Assembly: GCF_006345805.1 (NCBI RefSeq)
Contig: NC_043015.1
Span: 51,956,001-52,020,000 of the forward strand
Source of the DNA: Octopus sinensis
Taxonomy: Eukaryota
Direction: 5' to 3'
DNA length: 64,000 nt
Shown here: positions 42,677 to 55,715 of the stretch, one piece after another
Numbering within the stretch: the first letter of the stretch is position 1
Layout of the letters: each line of letters starts with the position of its first letter
The notes under the pieces: model-generated
The model's input: only the letters and a program-made list of their open reading frames with translations
What the model was told of the DNA's origin: nothing
The model's database searches: none
Translations under genes and position numbers: made by a program

Positions 42677-42978
42677 GTGGAGGCGCAATGGCTCAGTGGT
42701 TAGGGCAGCGGACTCGGTTTCGATTCCCAGACCGAGCGTTCTGTGTGTTTATTGAGCGAAAACATCTAAAGCTCCATAAAGCCCCGACAGGGGGTGGTGG
42801 TGACCCCTGTTGTACACTTTAGCCCCAACTTCCTCTCACGCTTTCTTCCTGTTTCTTGAGTAACGCTGCGATGGACTGGCACCTCGTCCAGCTGGGGGGA
42901 ACACATACGCCATAGAAACCGGGAAACCGGGCCCATGAGCCTGGCTAGGCTTGAAAAGGGCGCATAAACAAATAAAAT
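42677..42978 (+). mobile_element. tRNA-derived SINE (family D head) with V-domain-like 3' half
   Basis: GTGGAGGCGCAATGGCTCAGTGGTTAGGGCAGCGG...GTTTCGATTCCC head. The 3' GCTGCGATGGACTGGCACCTCGTCCAGC...AGAAACCGGG resembles the V-SINE/Mermaid motif (recalled, not computed). Confidence 0.75.
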
Positions 42979-43314
42979 TTGTTGTATCTAGGTAAATACA
43001 TTATGCCAATAATATTAACACACACACTGATTCGATTCAGCTCCTTTATTATAATTCAATTGGTTATTATAATTCAACTAACTGATCGATTGATTGTTTA
43101 ATTTAGGCACAATTCTTTTACTGTATTCTATCATGTAGATTCTTTTTACTTCTACTGTAAAAGAAAGAAGATATTAGCTAACATCAATTTTTGTTTCTAA
43201 GTATCAGAGAATCACATGCCGGATATGATTTACTACAACAATGTCTTATGTGAAATTAAATTTCTGACAAACACTGCGAAATTTTGTCCAAAAATCAATC
43301 TGACTTCATGGTGT

Positions 43315-43520
43315 TAGTTTCGACATTTGGTGTAAGGCCAGCAATTTCGGGATTTGGCGTGATTTGATTTCAACGACTCCTAGTGCTCCATTGGCACTCG
43401 TTTAATCGACCCAGAGGAATGAAAGACATTTTCGAGGTCGGTGGAATTTTAAGTCAGACGTGGATGAAATATCGTTCGGGACTCTGCTCGGTGTGCTAAC
43501 GATTTTTCCAGCTCGCCGCC
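43315..43520 (-). mobile_element. Family A SINE (degenerate)
   Basis: TTTAATCGACCCAGAGGAATGAAAGAC...GTGTGCTAACGATTTTTCCAGCTCGCCGCC. Confidence 0.7.
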
Positions 43521-44046
43521 ATATCTGGCTATATTAAAATACCTGACAAGCATTATGCAATAGAGATCAAAGTGGACAAAGCGTGATTTCAAAAGGCTTT
43601 ACCAAACAATCTCTAGAGAAAGTCTTAATACGCTTATCAGCCAGATTAGAAAATTATTTCAGACCAGGCTCAAGTGTTTGCTAATTGCGGTCTACATGGT
43701 ATTAAAATAGATGTTATCATTGATTGGAAGCTGTCGCTAGGTTTCCCGATACCTACTCTAACATTAAATATTAAAGACTTAATTAATTCCATGCAACTTG
43801 GTCTTCTGGTCACTCCGTTAGGAGATGTTTTTCTTTCTAAATTCTATCTCATGCAACGTAGTCTAACAATCGACAACGGACAAGTGGACAAGGCTATATG
43901 AAGCTGAAGCTGGATGGATACATTTGGGAATTAACATAATTACCCAAAATTAATTTTGGAACGAGCATATAAGGTTATGTGTTTATGTGTCAATATAAAG
44001 CATTATATATTACTAGTGGTACACACATACACACACACACACACAC

Positions 44047-44099
<53 letters not shown>

Positions 44100-44594
44100 A
44101 TATATACACACATGCATATATATGTGTTTATATATATATATATAATATATATATATATACATATAAATGGTTATCAGTAATAATATAGGGTGAAATTAAT
44201 TAATTTGGAATAATCATTAATTTCACCAAGTAGATTTCTCACACACACGTATATATATGCATGCATATCTGTTTTGTATATGTATGTATACCGTATGTGT
44301 GTGGATATGTATATGTATATACATATATGTATATGTATATATTTATACATGTATATGTGTATTTATATATATGCATATATATAATATATACATATTCATA
44401 TATATATATAAATATATGTAAATATATAGCATTTATATGTATATTTATATAGATATATAACATCTATATTTGTGTATGTTTGTGTTTTTGCGTGTATGTA
44501 TGCATGCTAGCGTGTGTGTTGGTGTATGTGTTTGTATGTGTGTGTGTGTCAGTTTGTGTGTGCGAGTGAGAGGGACTAGTGGTCAGTTTTAACC

Positions 44595-44764
44595 ATGTAT
44601 CTCCAACGTCCCTCTCCAGAAAGCAACACCACCAGTTGCCTTCTGCAACAAGTTTTCCATTACCTCATCACCATCGTTGTGTCAGAGAAAGAAAAAAAAA
44701 GATGCTACGCTTGGGAAGTATTACCTTATCAGGGGTCAATTAAGAAAGAGATCAAAATGGAGCC
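44595..44764 (+). CDS. Candidate first coding exon of an unidentified gene
   Basis: ATG-initiated 56 open codons MYLQRPSPESNTTSCLLQQVFHYLITIVVSEKEKKRCYAWEVLPYQGSIKKEIKME, ending at consensus donor CC|GTAAGT. No homology recognised. Confidence 0.25.
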
Positions 44765-44992
44765 GTAAGTCATCTTCCATCATATACCATATCAAAACTG
44801 GTGAACGATTAAGCTGGTGCCTTATTTTATTTTTTCCAACTGAAATAAACAGCCTATCACAGCTAGCATGGAAGGAATTTCGAGTTAGGTTGCAAATAGG
44901 TGAAACAAATAGTATAGATGCAGCACTTGAATCAGCCAACTCTAGTACGCGGGAATGATGCTTATATGTATATAAGCATATATATATATATA

Positions 44993-45078
<86 letters not shown>

Positions 45079-45127
45079 AACACATACATGTGTCTAGATA
45101 GATGTCAATCAACCTATCTATCTATGC

Positions 45128-45228
<101 letters not shown>

Positions 45229-45344
45229 TCGTATATATCTGTGCTAATGTGTTTTGTGTATGCATTCATATCATTATATAATAATACATACACATACACA
45301 CACACACGTTCACTCACCTCCACATATATATAGATATATATCTG

Positions 45345-45405
<61 letters not shown>

Positions 45406-46258
45406 TGTGTGTGTGTGAATACGGAATGAATAAATATATCAGAAAACCAAATGGGAAAGCTCCTGAATACCTGCCATAACTTGCTTTAATAATTCATTAC
45501 TTATCCGTTAAAGTTACCTTATCCTATAACGCAAATAATTGGTTCGACTCTATCCAATATCCCACTTTAATTTTCTACATCCTCGCAGACTTTCAGCATC
45601 CCATCACCTCTTCCACACACTTCATCCGACCCTTATTTTCTCAAACCAATTATTATATTTCTTTTTTATTATCTTCATTTTTATTATTTTTTTTTATTAT
45701 TAATATCATTATCATTGTACGTCGCAATTTTGTAGCTTTAAAAGAAATAACTACGCGAACTGTTTGATTTGAATGCACTGATATACAAACCTAACACGCA
45801 ATATACATAACCTTAACTCTATATTACATCATGCATTATTGATAATGTGACATTTATTCGGAAACATTATTCCACCGCACGCTATAATTACCTAGTATAC
45901 AGGTATTTTTTTTCTAGGTACCAATTCGCTTCGTATTTTTTCCGCCATGATTTTTTTTTCTTCCTTCGACTGTTTTCCCTGGAGAAAATGGTTTTATCAT
46001 ATCGAATTAGAAATGCAATTGGTAGCATAACTTTGCACAGAGTCATACTTAGGGTTTTGGTTTTTTTTTTCTTTTACCATACGTCCTTTTTATAGCCCTA
46101 ATGAATTAACTGGCTAATACAGTTTTTGTATGGCGGTGTCATTAACTGGTGTTCGAATGAAGGTTAATAGATCGTGGGTTCGAATAACTTTCATCGTAAT
46201 TGCACGATTTTTCTAGCTCATAATACGCTCTTAAGCTATATTCTGACGTAGATTAAGT

Positions 46259-47110
46259 ACATATAGACGTTCGCGTACGGATCAGTAAAACATTCTCTGC
46301 ATTTATTATTCAAAGTATTAGAAATACCAGTTAGATTTGAAGCGAACTTTGAAAAGTCAGAAGAAGCAATGAGGTTATTAAGAAGTTGAAAGTAACGTAA
46401 GCAAAATTTTACAGCTCTAATATCACTCGTTCATAGTCAGCCTCATAAAAATGCATACGCATGTATGTACGTATGTATATAAGTCTCTATGTATCTATGG
46501 TGGAGTCGCAATGGCCCAGTGGTTAGGGCAGCGGACGCGCGGTCGTAGGATCGCGGTTTCGATTCCCAGACCGGGCGTTATGAGTGTTTATTGAGCGAAA
46601 ACACCTAAAGCTCCACGAGGCTCCGGCAGGGATGGTGGTGATCCCTGCTGTACTCTTTCACCACAACTTTCTCTCACTCTTACTTCCTGTTTCTGTTGTA
46701 CCTGTATTTCAAAGGGCCGGCCTTGTCACTCTCTGTGTCACGCTGAATATCCCCGAGAACTACGTTAAGGGTACACGTGTCTGTGGAGTGCTCAGCCACT
46801 TACACGTTAATTTCACGAGCAGGCTGTTCCGTCGATCGGATCAACCGGAACCCTCGTCGTCGTAACCGACGGAGTGCTTCCAAAAACATATAGACGTTCA
46901 TGTACGGATCAGTAAAACATTCTCTGCATTTGTTATTCAAAGTATTAGAAATACCAGTTAGATTTGAAGCGAACTTTGAAAAGTCAGAAGAAACAATGAG
47001 GATATTAAGAAGTTGAAAGTAATGTTAGCAAGATTTTACAGTTCATAGTCAGCCTCATAAAAATACATACGCATATATGTACGTATGTATATAAGTCTCT
47101 ATGTATCTAT
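46259..47110. repeat. ~240-bp direct repeats (46259-46498 and 46886-47110) exactly flanking a SINE
   Basis: ACATATAGACGTTC...GTCTCTATGTATCTAT lies on both sides, with about ten substitutions and one ~15-bp indel between copies. Confidence 0.9.
46499..46886 (+). mobile_element. Full-length tRNA-derived SINE (family D head) with RTE-like 3' tail
   Basis: GGTGGAGTCGCAATGGCCCAGTGGTTAGGGCAGCGG (A box), GGTTTCGATTCCC (B box), tail CCCTCGTCGTCGTAACCGACGGAGTGCTTCCAAAAA. Confidence 0.9.
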
Positions 47111-47184
47111 CTACCTGTCTATCTATGTCACTATTTATCTATCTATCTACCTACCTCTCTCTCTCTCTATCCCTCTCTTTCTCC

Positions 47185-47273
<89 letters not shown>

Positions 47274-47291
47274 GTATATATATATATGCAG

Positions 47292-47372
47292 TACTCCTTC
47301 AAGTTTTGCGGGTGTTAAGTTCCAACACCCCGCCCCCTGTGATATTAACCAGACAGCAGGCGTCAAAAGGAC
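47292..47372 (+). CDS. Candidate 81-nt symmetric (phase 2-2) internal exon
   Basis: ATGCAG| acceptor after (CT)n/(TA)n, open frame TPSSFAGVKFQHPAPCDINQTAGVKR, donor AC|GTAATG. Phase-compatible with the 44595-44764 candidate. Confidence 0.2.
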
Positions 47373-47444
47373 GTAATGTGTTACTTGTACTAGCATGATC
47401 TTTCCTCAGAAAGAGGTCAGGGGAGATGCCTTTATCAATCAATC

Positions 47445-47484
<40 letters not shown>

Positions 47485-47497
47485 TATCTATCTATCA

Positions 47498-47539
<42 letters not shown>

Positions 47540-47700
47540 GTACGTATGTATGTATGTTTGCATCTATCTATCTATTTATCTATTTATCTCTCTCTCTATG
47601 TATATGTATGTATAATAATAATAATAATAATAATAACAACAACAACAACTACAATAATAATAATAATAATAATAATAACAACAACAACAACAACTACAAC

Positions 47701-47734
<34 letters not shown>

Positions 47735-48336
47735 GGGAGTATAACTCCCTAATATTATTGAGTTGCATAATGGGGTTTTTTCTCTAATTTATATTATATA
47801 TATATATATGGGTCTGTGTGTATATGTGTGAATTTCGAGGTTCACATACAGCGATAAACAACATCAAATATCAGCAACAAATACAAAGCAGCGCTTGTGT
47901 TGTAAACAATATCGACCGCATGAACTCAGTTTTGTAAATATTGCTTCGAAAGACCCTCCGGGTAGAAACAGAAAAATGTTATGACCTTTTCTATCGAGAA
48001 GGATTTTCTACTCAACATTTCTATGTTGCCATTTTTAGGTTAATGTGACCCTCGAGGGCCACGGACGTATATATATATATATGGACAATATACTTAAAGA
48101 GTATATTTCGTAAGTCCATTACGTATACTTGGAGAATTGTAGTGAACTGCAGATATATACGGTTGGATGTTACTCATATACTAAGGTGAGTTTAAAAGTC
48201 CGAGATTGCCTATGTAAAGACTAGGCAAAATTGGATATTAAGATATTTTTAAAAAAATAGAGCCTCCTACGCTTGCACACATACGTATATCCATATAGGC
48301 ACATCAATGTATGTATATACATATACATACACACAT

Positions 48337-48367
<31 letters not shown>

Positions 48368-48471
48368 GTTGATCCAAACATGAAAGCATAAAGAGAAAAC
48401 ACAACAATAATACGAGGACGTGGAACAAGTATAGTATTATTGGACGCTCAGGAAAGAAGGAAAGAAGGAGG

Positions 48472-48506
48472 GTTTAACGTTTCGAGGGGAGCTCTTCGTT
48501 AGAAAC
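48472..48506 (-). ncRNA. Minimal type I hammerhead motif (core G5 mutated) in a short element (~48370-48590)
   Basis: Minus strand GTTT-CTAACGA-A-GAGC(TCC)CCTC-GAAA-CG-T-T-AAAC, followed by the CCTGAGCG...TAATAC motif shared with 11262 and 62417. Confidence 0.6.
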
Positions 48507-48648
48507 ATAGGAAAAGGAAAGATCCAAAGAAGGGAAGACAGAGGAAAAAAATCGCCAACGGTACACACGCGGTCACATTTTGAATAAATATATAAACAAA
48601 TGTAAGTTTGTTTATATATATAGTTGTTATATATATATATATATATGT

Positions 48649-51163
48649 ATATATAAAAATGGAAATGAAGAAAATGCTGACAAATAATTGAAGTAATTTA
48701 AGTAATTTAATTAGGTGAAAGTTCTTTTTACCGGTTGCGCATTTGTTATGCTTATCAAAATATAAAAGAGAGATTAGAGTCTGTCTCTTATATGTGAAAA
48801 AAAGAGGCTCCAGAGTTGTTTTGGATTTGCTTGGTTTCGCGCCTAAAATTTTGATTGGTCATTATGAAGGGGTCACGTGAATGTTTGAATGGAAGTTGGT
48901 GTTGGGGTAAGAAAAAAGGCTCCAGAGAAGTTAAAATTTGGCTAGTGTCCCGCCTAAAATTTCTTATTGGCCATAATAAAGAGGTCACGTGAATGTTTAG
49001 AATTTTCGAAAATAGTGTTGTTGAAAATTCTTATTGTTCAGGCTGGTCAGTAGACGTCATGTGGATATTTTAAATAGCTTTTTAGCGCGTAGTTAGGGAG
49101 TGTATTTTCCGCTTGACTGGATAAGTAAGTTCGTTTAGAACAGGGAGAGCTGTATGTATGTATGTGTGTGCGCTCCCACTTACGCCAACTTAGTCATGGG
49201 ATACCTGGAAATCACCCTCTATAATAACGTTCTTAACCAATTTGGCACCACTCTCCACACACACATAGAGAAGAACTGGAAGAGATATCTTGATGACTGC
49301 TTCATCCTTTGGCCCGAAACCGTCGAGAAGCTTAACGAATTTCACACTCTTATAAATGGGCAACACAAACATTATTTTCACAATGGAATACAGCCCTCAA
49401 CAAATCCCTTCCTCGACATCCTCATTAAAATTCACAACAAAAAAATAGAAACAGACATATACTACAAGCCCACAGACTCCAAGCAATACCTCCCTTTCAA
49501 TTCATGCCACCCTAGACACGTTAAAATTAACATTCCCTACAACTTAGCCAAGAGAATTTGCACTATAGTCTCCAATAAAAACACCCGTCTCTTACGTCTA
49601 CAAGAACTCAAGGGCACATTAACAAGCAGGGATTACCCCACGTCACTAATTGACAATGGGATCCAACGCGCCCTAAAACTCAGCACGCAGGAACTTAGAC
49701 GCCCTAAACCTGTTACATCGAAACCCCATACTCTACCATACATCTCTACACACAACCCCCTCAACAATGAAGCTTTTGACACATCCTCCAGAACATTCCT
49801 GTATTACAAAAGGACCATAGAATGAACCAAATCCTCCTAACACACGAAATCATAAAGAGCAAAAGGCAACCCAAATCATTGAAAACCATCCTAACAAATG
49901 CCAAAGTACTGCCAACCACAACAACTAAACCCACAGTAAACAAATGCAATAGACCCAACTGTGGTATATGCATCAACCTAATAGAAGGTTCGGAATTCCT
50001 TTTTAAACAAGGACAACGTTTCACAGTAAAACACAACTTCACATGCGCATCAGAAAACCTAGTATGTCTTAACTTGCTCGGGCTGTAATGAACACTACAT
50101 AGGCCAAACAAAAAATAGCCTCCGCCAACGCATGACTGTCCACAGATCCCAAATAAAAATACAGGAATATAGAAAAATAGCATTTAGTGCACATATTGAT
50201 ACCTGTGCTGCACAACTCCATCCCAATTTTAGAATCTTTCCCCTCTACAAATTTAAAGACAATGCCACTCATACCCGCGAATAACCATGGAATCCCACCT
50301 TATTAATAAATACAGACCACTTCTAAACACATGCCCCTAACACGAACCCACAACAAACACACTTACACGTGCACCACCCTACACACACCTTTACCCAGAT
50401 ATTAACACCATGACACACACAAATATATGGTTCCACACATACACATAATTGAATACGGGTGCAAAACATCCAACACTATTTTTTGGAAATGGCTGTAAAT
50501 ATTGACTTCACACAAATACTTTGCTTCCCGATACAGGCACAAGGCCAGCAGAACTATAAATATTGAAAATTGTACCCACACATACACATATATACACGCG
50601 CGCGCGCCCCAACATACATATAAACACACACACGTGCGCGCGCACACACACATACATACATACAGCTCTCCCTGTTCTAAACGAATTACTTATCCAGTCA
50701 AGCGGAAAATACACTCCCTAACTACGCGCTAAAAAGCTATTTAAAATATCCACATGACGTCTACTGACCAGCCTGAACAATAAGAATTTTCAACAACACT
50801 ATTTTCGAAAATTCTAAACATTCACGTGACCTCTTTATTATGGCCAATAAGAATTTTAGGCGGGACACTAGCCAAATTTTAACTTCTCTGGAGCTTTTTT
50901 CTTACCCCAACACCAACTTCCATTCAAACATTCACGTGACCCCTTCATAATGACCAATCAAAATTTTAGGCGCGAAACCAAGCAAATCCAAAACAACTCT
51001 GGAGCCTCTTTTTTTCACATATAAGAGACAGACTCTAATCTCTCTTTTATATTTTGATAAGCATACCAAATGCGCAACCGGTAAAAAGAACTTTCACCTA
51101 ATTAAATTACTTAAATTACTTCAATTATTTGTCAGCATTTTCTTCATTTCCTTTTTTATATAT
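48649..51163 (+). mobile_element. 5'-truncated Penelope-like element (RT-thumb, Cys linker, GIY-YIG, 3' UTR) with an inverted copy of its 3' end at the 5' junction
   Basis: Coding 49174-50340: APTYANLVMG, WKRYLDDCFILW, PFLDILI..IETDIYYKPTDSKQYL.FNSCHP.HVK.NIPYNLAKRICTIVS, KCNRPNCGICINL, NLV..TCSGCNEHYIGQT..LRQRMTVHRSQI, MESHLINKYRPLLN (several frameshifts). 48649-49173 is the reverse complement of ~50640-51163. Confidence 0.95.
48805..49070. promoter_or_regulatory. Promoter-like duplicated module in the PLE terminal repeat (mirrored at ~50745-51005)
   Basis: Two tandem CTCCAGAG...CGCCTAAAAT..ATTGG.CAT.AT.AAG.GGTCACGTGAATGTTT modules, each with a CCAAT box and a TCACGTGA E-box, plus a CRE-like AGACGTCA. 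Function inferred. Confidence 0.4.
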
Positions 51164-51196
51164 CACCACTCGTGTTCGACATCTCCTTTTTTAAAA

Positions 51197-51255
<59 letters not shown>

Positions 51256-51309
51256 ATATATATACATATATACATATATACACATATATGTATGTATGTA
51301 TATATATAT

Positions 51310-51352
<43 letters not shown>

Positions 51353-51976
51353 CGTACATACATATATATTTATATATATATAAAGTTGTTAATAAATCGT
51401 GAGATACCCCTGTAGTTTGCCAGTAAAGCACATTCACTCGCTCAGTGTTTGTTGAGTACGTAATTAATGAGAGAGTTGGAAGATGGACGATGGAAGATAC
51501 GATGGTGTGACCCATCTACGAAGAACGAGCAAGACTGGTCGAAACGATTGTAGTGATGAATAAATATTCTCGAAGTTAATCATATATTCCGCATATTCGT
51601 ATGCATTCGGACGTAGAAAGTCTATACGCTGTACATGTTGCTTCAAGAGAAATAATATGGGTGCAAACACAACACGAGGCCTTAAATGACAGCCTCAGAC
51701 CGTTTTGCGGCGTTACTCTTCATCAGCTATGTGCATCGGACCAGCGTTCACGGTTGCCAACAGCTGATCGCTCTGATAGCAAATGCTACTTTTGCTGATG
51801 AGCAAAAGTTTTTGTTAAAAGGGAATAAATCAATTAGATGCGGGCTAAGCAGCATTAACTGAAATATGTAATAAACATCTTAAGTATGAGTATACATAAT
51901 TATGTTCCATTATATGCACATACATTATAAATAAATTTACACACGGGACACGTTGCCGCGCACGTTGCGCCTGCGA

Positions 51977-52481
51977 CCGTAAATCCTCGAGTATAATCCG
52001 CATTTTCCCCCCAAATTCAAAGGTCAAAATCCCTAGTGCATACAATATACGAGGTTAAAAATGAAAAATATTTTCTAAGCAATATCCAAGTCTCTATTTG
52101 CTATCCGGCAATGTTTATTCAGACGCATTTTGTGATGTGGGACGCAAAAATACCTTAAGCTAAGCCTGAAAGCAATGAAGTCATTAAAGAATCGTCCATA
52201 ACTTGCAGCAAGCAACATTTATTAAACGTTATTACTTTTGTTTCTTTATTTTCTGCAAACAAAATGCACAAAAAACCTACACGTTTGCATTATGTTATAT
52301 ATACAATAATAATAAAGGACGTTACCGTATACATTTTTACAAACCAAGGACGTTATATAGACCTCCTTGACTCAAGATAGAGAAGGGATGCGTATTATAC
52401 ACAAGGTTTAGGTTTTTCATAGTCGCCTAAAAATCCCCTGCGTATTATACGTAAGGGCGAACTATACTCGAGGATTTACGG
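51977..52481. mobile_element. Tc1/mariner-pogo-type MITE
   Basis: 19-bp TIR CCGTAAATCCTCGAGTATA / TATACTCGAGGATTTACGG, with TA at the right flank (left TA not preserved). Confidence 0.7.
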
Positions 52482-52945
52482 TAATTACCCATGTTATAAA
52501 TATATTGGAGAAACTGGGGTAATTGCTGGCGAAATTTTATCAATTCCGAAAATAGCAGAGTGGGATCGGATCTTAAGCAATACGGTTGTAAACTCAACTC
52601 AATAAGCACGGAACCATGTCCGCACCATTCCTGTGTATTTTGCATAAATATAACTTTGATATATGACGATTGAAAACCCGAAAAGTTAATATTGCATGTG
52701 AATTTATTTGAAGATACGAAATGTTGTAGAGAAAAATAAAACGTGAACGGAACTGGAATCTCATTGACTACAAACATATTGCTAATCATCCTGCATGTAA
52801 ATATTCACGTTTGTACGATTCGCTGTGTTTAAATGAAATATGTATTAGATCTCACCGTTCACAAACGAATCGACTAAAAATATTCTCAGAAGTGATATGT
52901 ATGCATAAATACACACACACATGCACGCACACACACACACACACA

Positions 52946-52985
<40 letters not shown>

Positions 52986-53198
52986 CACACACACACACAC
53001 ACATAGCTACCCACCCATACGCCATTAGTATATATATGTATGTATGTATTTATGTATATATATATATAGATAGGGGGGGAGGTAGCTAGTTAGATAGGTA
53101 GATAGATATAGGCACATATTCGGATACAGACACATATATATATACATACATACATACATACAAACACACACACACATACACACACATATATATATATG

Positions 53199-53259
<61 letters not shown>

Positions 53260-54046
53260 ATGTATGTGTATGTATGCATGTGTACTCACACATACTTATG
53301 TACATGCACATACTTGTATGCATATATTATATATGCAAACACATGTATATATTTATGTATATATACTGCATATACATATACACATATACAGAGAGAGAGA
53401 GATAGAAAGAAAGAGAGATAGAGAGAGTGTGTATGTGACTGCTAAAGAGATGAACCTAGAATAATTTTGCTTGGTTCAGGATGCCAATTGCCAATTGCCA
53501 AGAATCTGGAAATCTCGATATAGTCGAATGAACCAGCTCCAGAGACACACAGATAATTCTTGTACTTCCTTGAAACTTAACATTAAAAAAAAAACAAATA
53601 ATAATAATAATGAATACCAAATTAACCCCGGAACTTTTCAAGCTGTTTCTTATCCTATAATTACAGCAAGATATAAAGTCTGGCGTTTTGGCGTTTCTAA
53701 TGTCTAAAATAGTGTTGACGCTCACCAGGAACGCTGCTATTTCATGATTTCATTCTAAGATTAGTAACTAATAGGAATTCTGATATTCTGGATCAAATTT
53801 AAGTACATGTTTCTTTATTTCTCATCAATTACAATTCATTTCAAGAAGTTGGAACATTCTTCAATGATTATACTTTCAGTGTTACATTAAGCAACATTTT
53901 ATCTTCAAGCGGCTCCAATTATTTGAACAAAGCAACCATTACATCAATTTAAATGCATGTAATGATTGCATTGTTCAGTTAAATGGTGTTGCTTGAAACG
54001 GTCGTCCTGCATCACCTCCGGATATCCTGTTGCTTATTTTATATAT

Positions 54047-54078
<32 letters not shown>

Positions 54079-54177
54079 ATATATATATATATATGATTAT
54101 TATTTGAGGGAATATAAATCCAAACTTACAGGAAAAAGTTCAATTTAGAAATACTAAATCAAATTTCATGCAATATG

Positions 54178-54244
<67 letters not shown>

Positions 54245-54469
54245 ATATATATATATATGTATATACACAACTGGCTTTTCTCAGTTTCCGTCCATCAAAT
54301 ACACTCTCGAGGATTAGATCGACTTTAGACTCCAGTAGAAATCACTTGCCTAATGTGCCACGCAGTGAGACTGAACCCGGAACCATGTGGTTAGGAAGCA
54401 AGTGTTTTACCTCACAGTTATGCCAGTGCTTATGAGACATTCAATTATCATTAATTATTAACTAAAATG

Positions 54470-54665
54470 TCGGCGAGCTAGCAGAAACGTTTAGCGGTAT
54501 TTCGTCAGACCTTAGTTCTGAGTTCAAATTCCCAAGAGGTCGACTTTGCCTGTCATCCTTTCGGGGTCGATGAATTAAGTACCTGTTGCATACGTGGGTC
54601 GATTAAATCGACTGGTCCCCTCCCACCAAAATTTCTGGCTTTATGCCTAGAATAGAAATGATCAT
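54470..54665 (+). mobile_element. Family A SINE (A-tail form)
   Basis: TCGGCGAGCTAGCAGAAACG...TTCTGAGTTCAAATTCC...GGTCGACTTTGCCTGTCATCCTTTCGGGGTCGATGAATTAAGTACC. Confidence 0.85.
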
Positions 54666-55635
54666 TAATTAAACTCCTAACATGACCTACATCCCTTCAC
54701 GTTCAATTAAACTCTTATTCTTCTTTAGATGCTTTCATTTATCACTTGGTCACTGTTTAAAGCACCTGAATCCTATTGTTCTTTCTGAGACTTATGTACT
54801 TTTATAAGTAGGTTCTCCTAACGTAATTTGTATAATTATTTTTGTTACTATTGTCGTTAAATTGTGCTTTCTATAGCTCCAACGACATGACATACTTGAC
54901 AAAAATAGAAAGCAATCAAACACACTCCGCTAACGTGAAAATTCACAGTGAACATGGAAAAAATAATGCAAAATTAGTTTTTGTAATTAAAACTTAGTAG
55001 GTTACATCTAGTCTTCTTTTCACAATGATCAAAGTGCATGTCCCTTTTGTCATTACAGAATAATCGAAATTGGGCCTTTTCATTATTTCACTCACGCTTC
55101 TTTTAGACAATTAATTCCATTTATTTTCAACCTAAATTAGCTATTTGTTCGTTGTTCAGTTTCGTTACTACATAAAATCTCGTTTCGTTTCTAATTTGAC
55201 GTATTAGAAGCTGACGACAACAACCATCGGTGCCTGCATCGACTCTAAAGCGAAACAAGCTGAAAGGCTACAAATTTGCTCCCTGTAAGCTCTTCATTAT
55301 CAATGCCTTTTGTCTGTTTGTCCATGGACATAATCGGTTTATTCCACGGCGGAATTGTTTTGAACATGTCACGAGATATGCGCCATGAATACTGCAATTA
55401 GAGACCAGTTGAACTCGTTTCTGGTTGCTAAGCCTTAATGAGATTTTAAAGATTTCGCTATTAAAAAATGATCGATATGGATTATAAGAAATACGAATTC
55501 CATAAAATTTGATGAGGAGAAGTACTTGGTGCATAACCGAATGTACTGACATTAACCTGGAATTTGAGGCAATAAAAAGGCAACGCGTAGGCGGGAAATA
55601 TAGTAAATTCAATAATATATACACATATCCATAAT

Positions 55636-55715
<80 letters not shown>

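Noticed and set aside
46499-46575. tRNA-like sequences at SINE heads (also 2165, 39388, 42677, 63004)
   Set aside because: A and B boxes are present but no complete cloverleaf or acceptor stem, and each continues into a SINE body. Not called as tRNA genes.
50341-51163. SECIS element / selenocysteine-encoding PLE
   Set aside because: No in-frame TGA at the conserved Cys positions, and none of the ATGA sites forms a SECIS-like stem by eye.
51505-51815. Hammerhead-like fragments (CTACGAAGA...CTGGTCGAAACGATTGTAG; CTGATGAAGAG on minus; CTTTTGCTGATGAGCAAAAG)
   Set aside because: The first lacks the CU of the core, and the others lack a paired stem II followed by GAAA.
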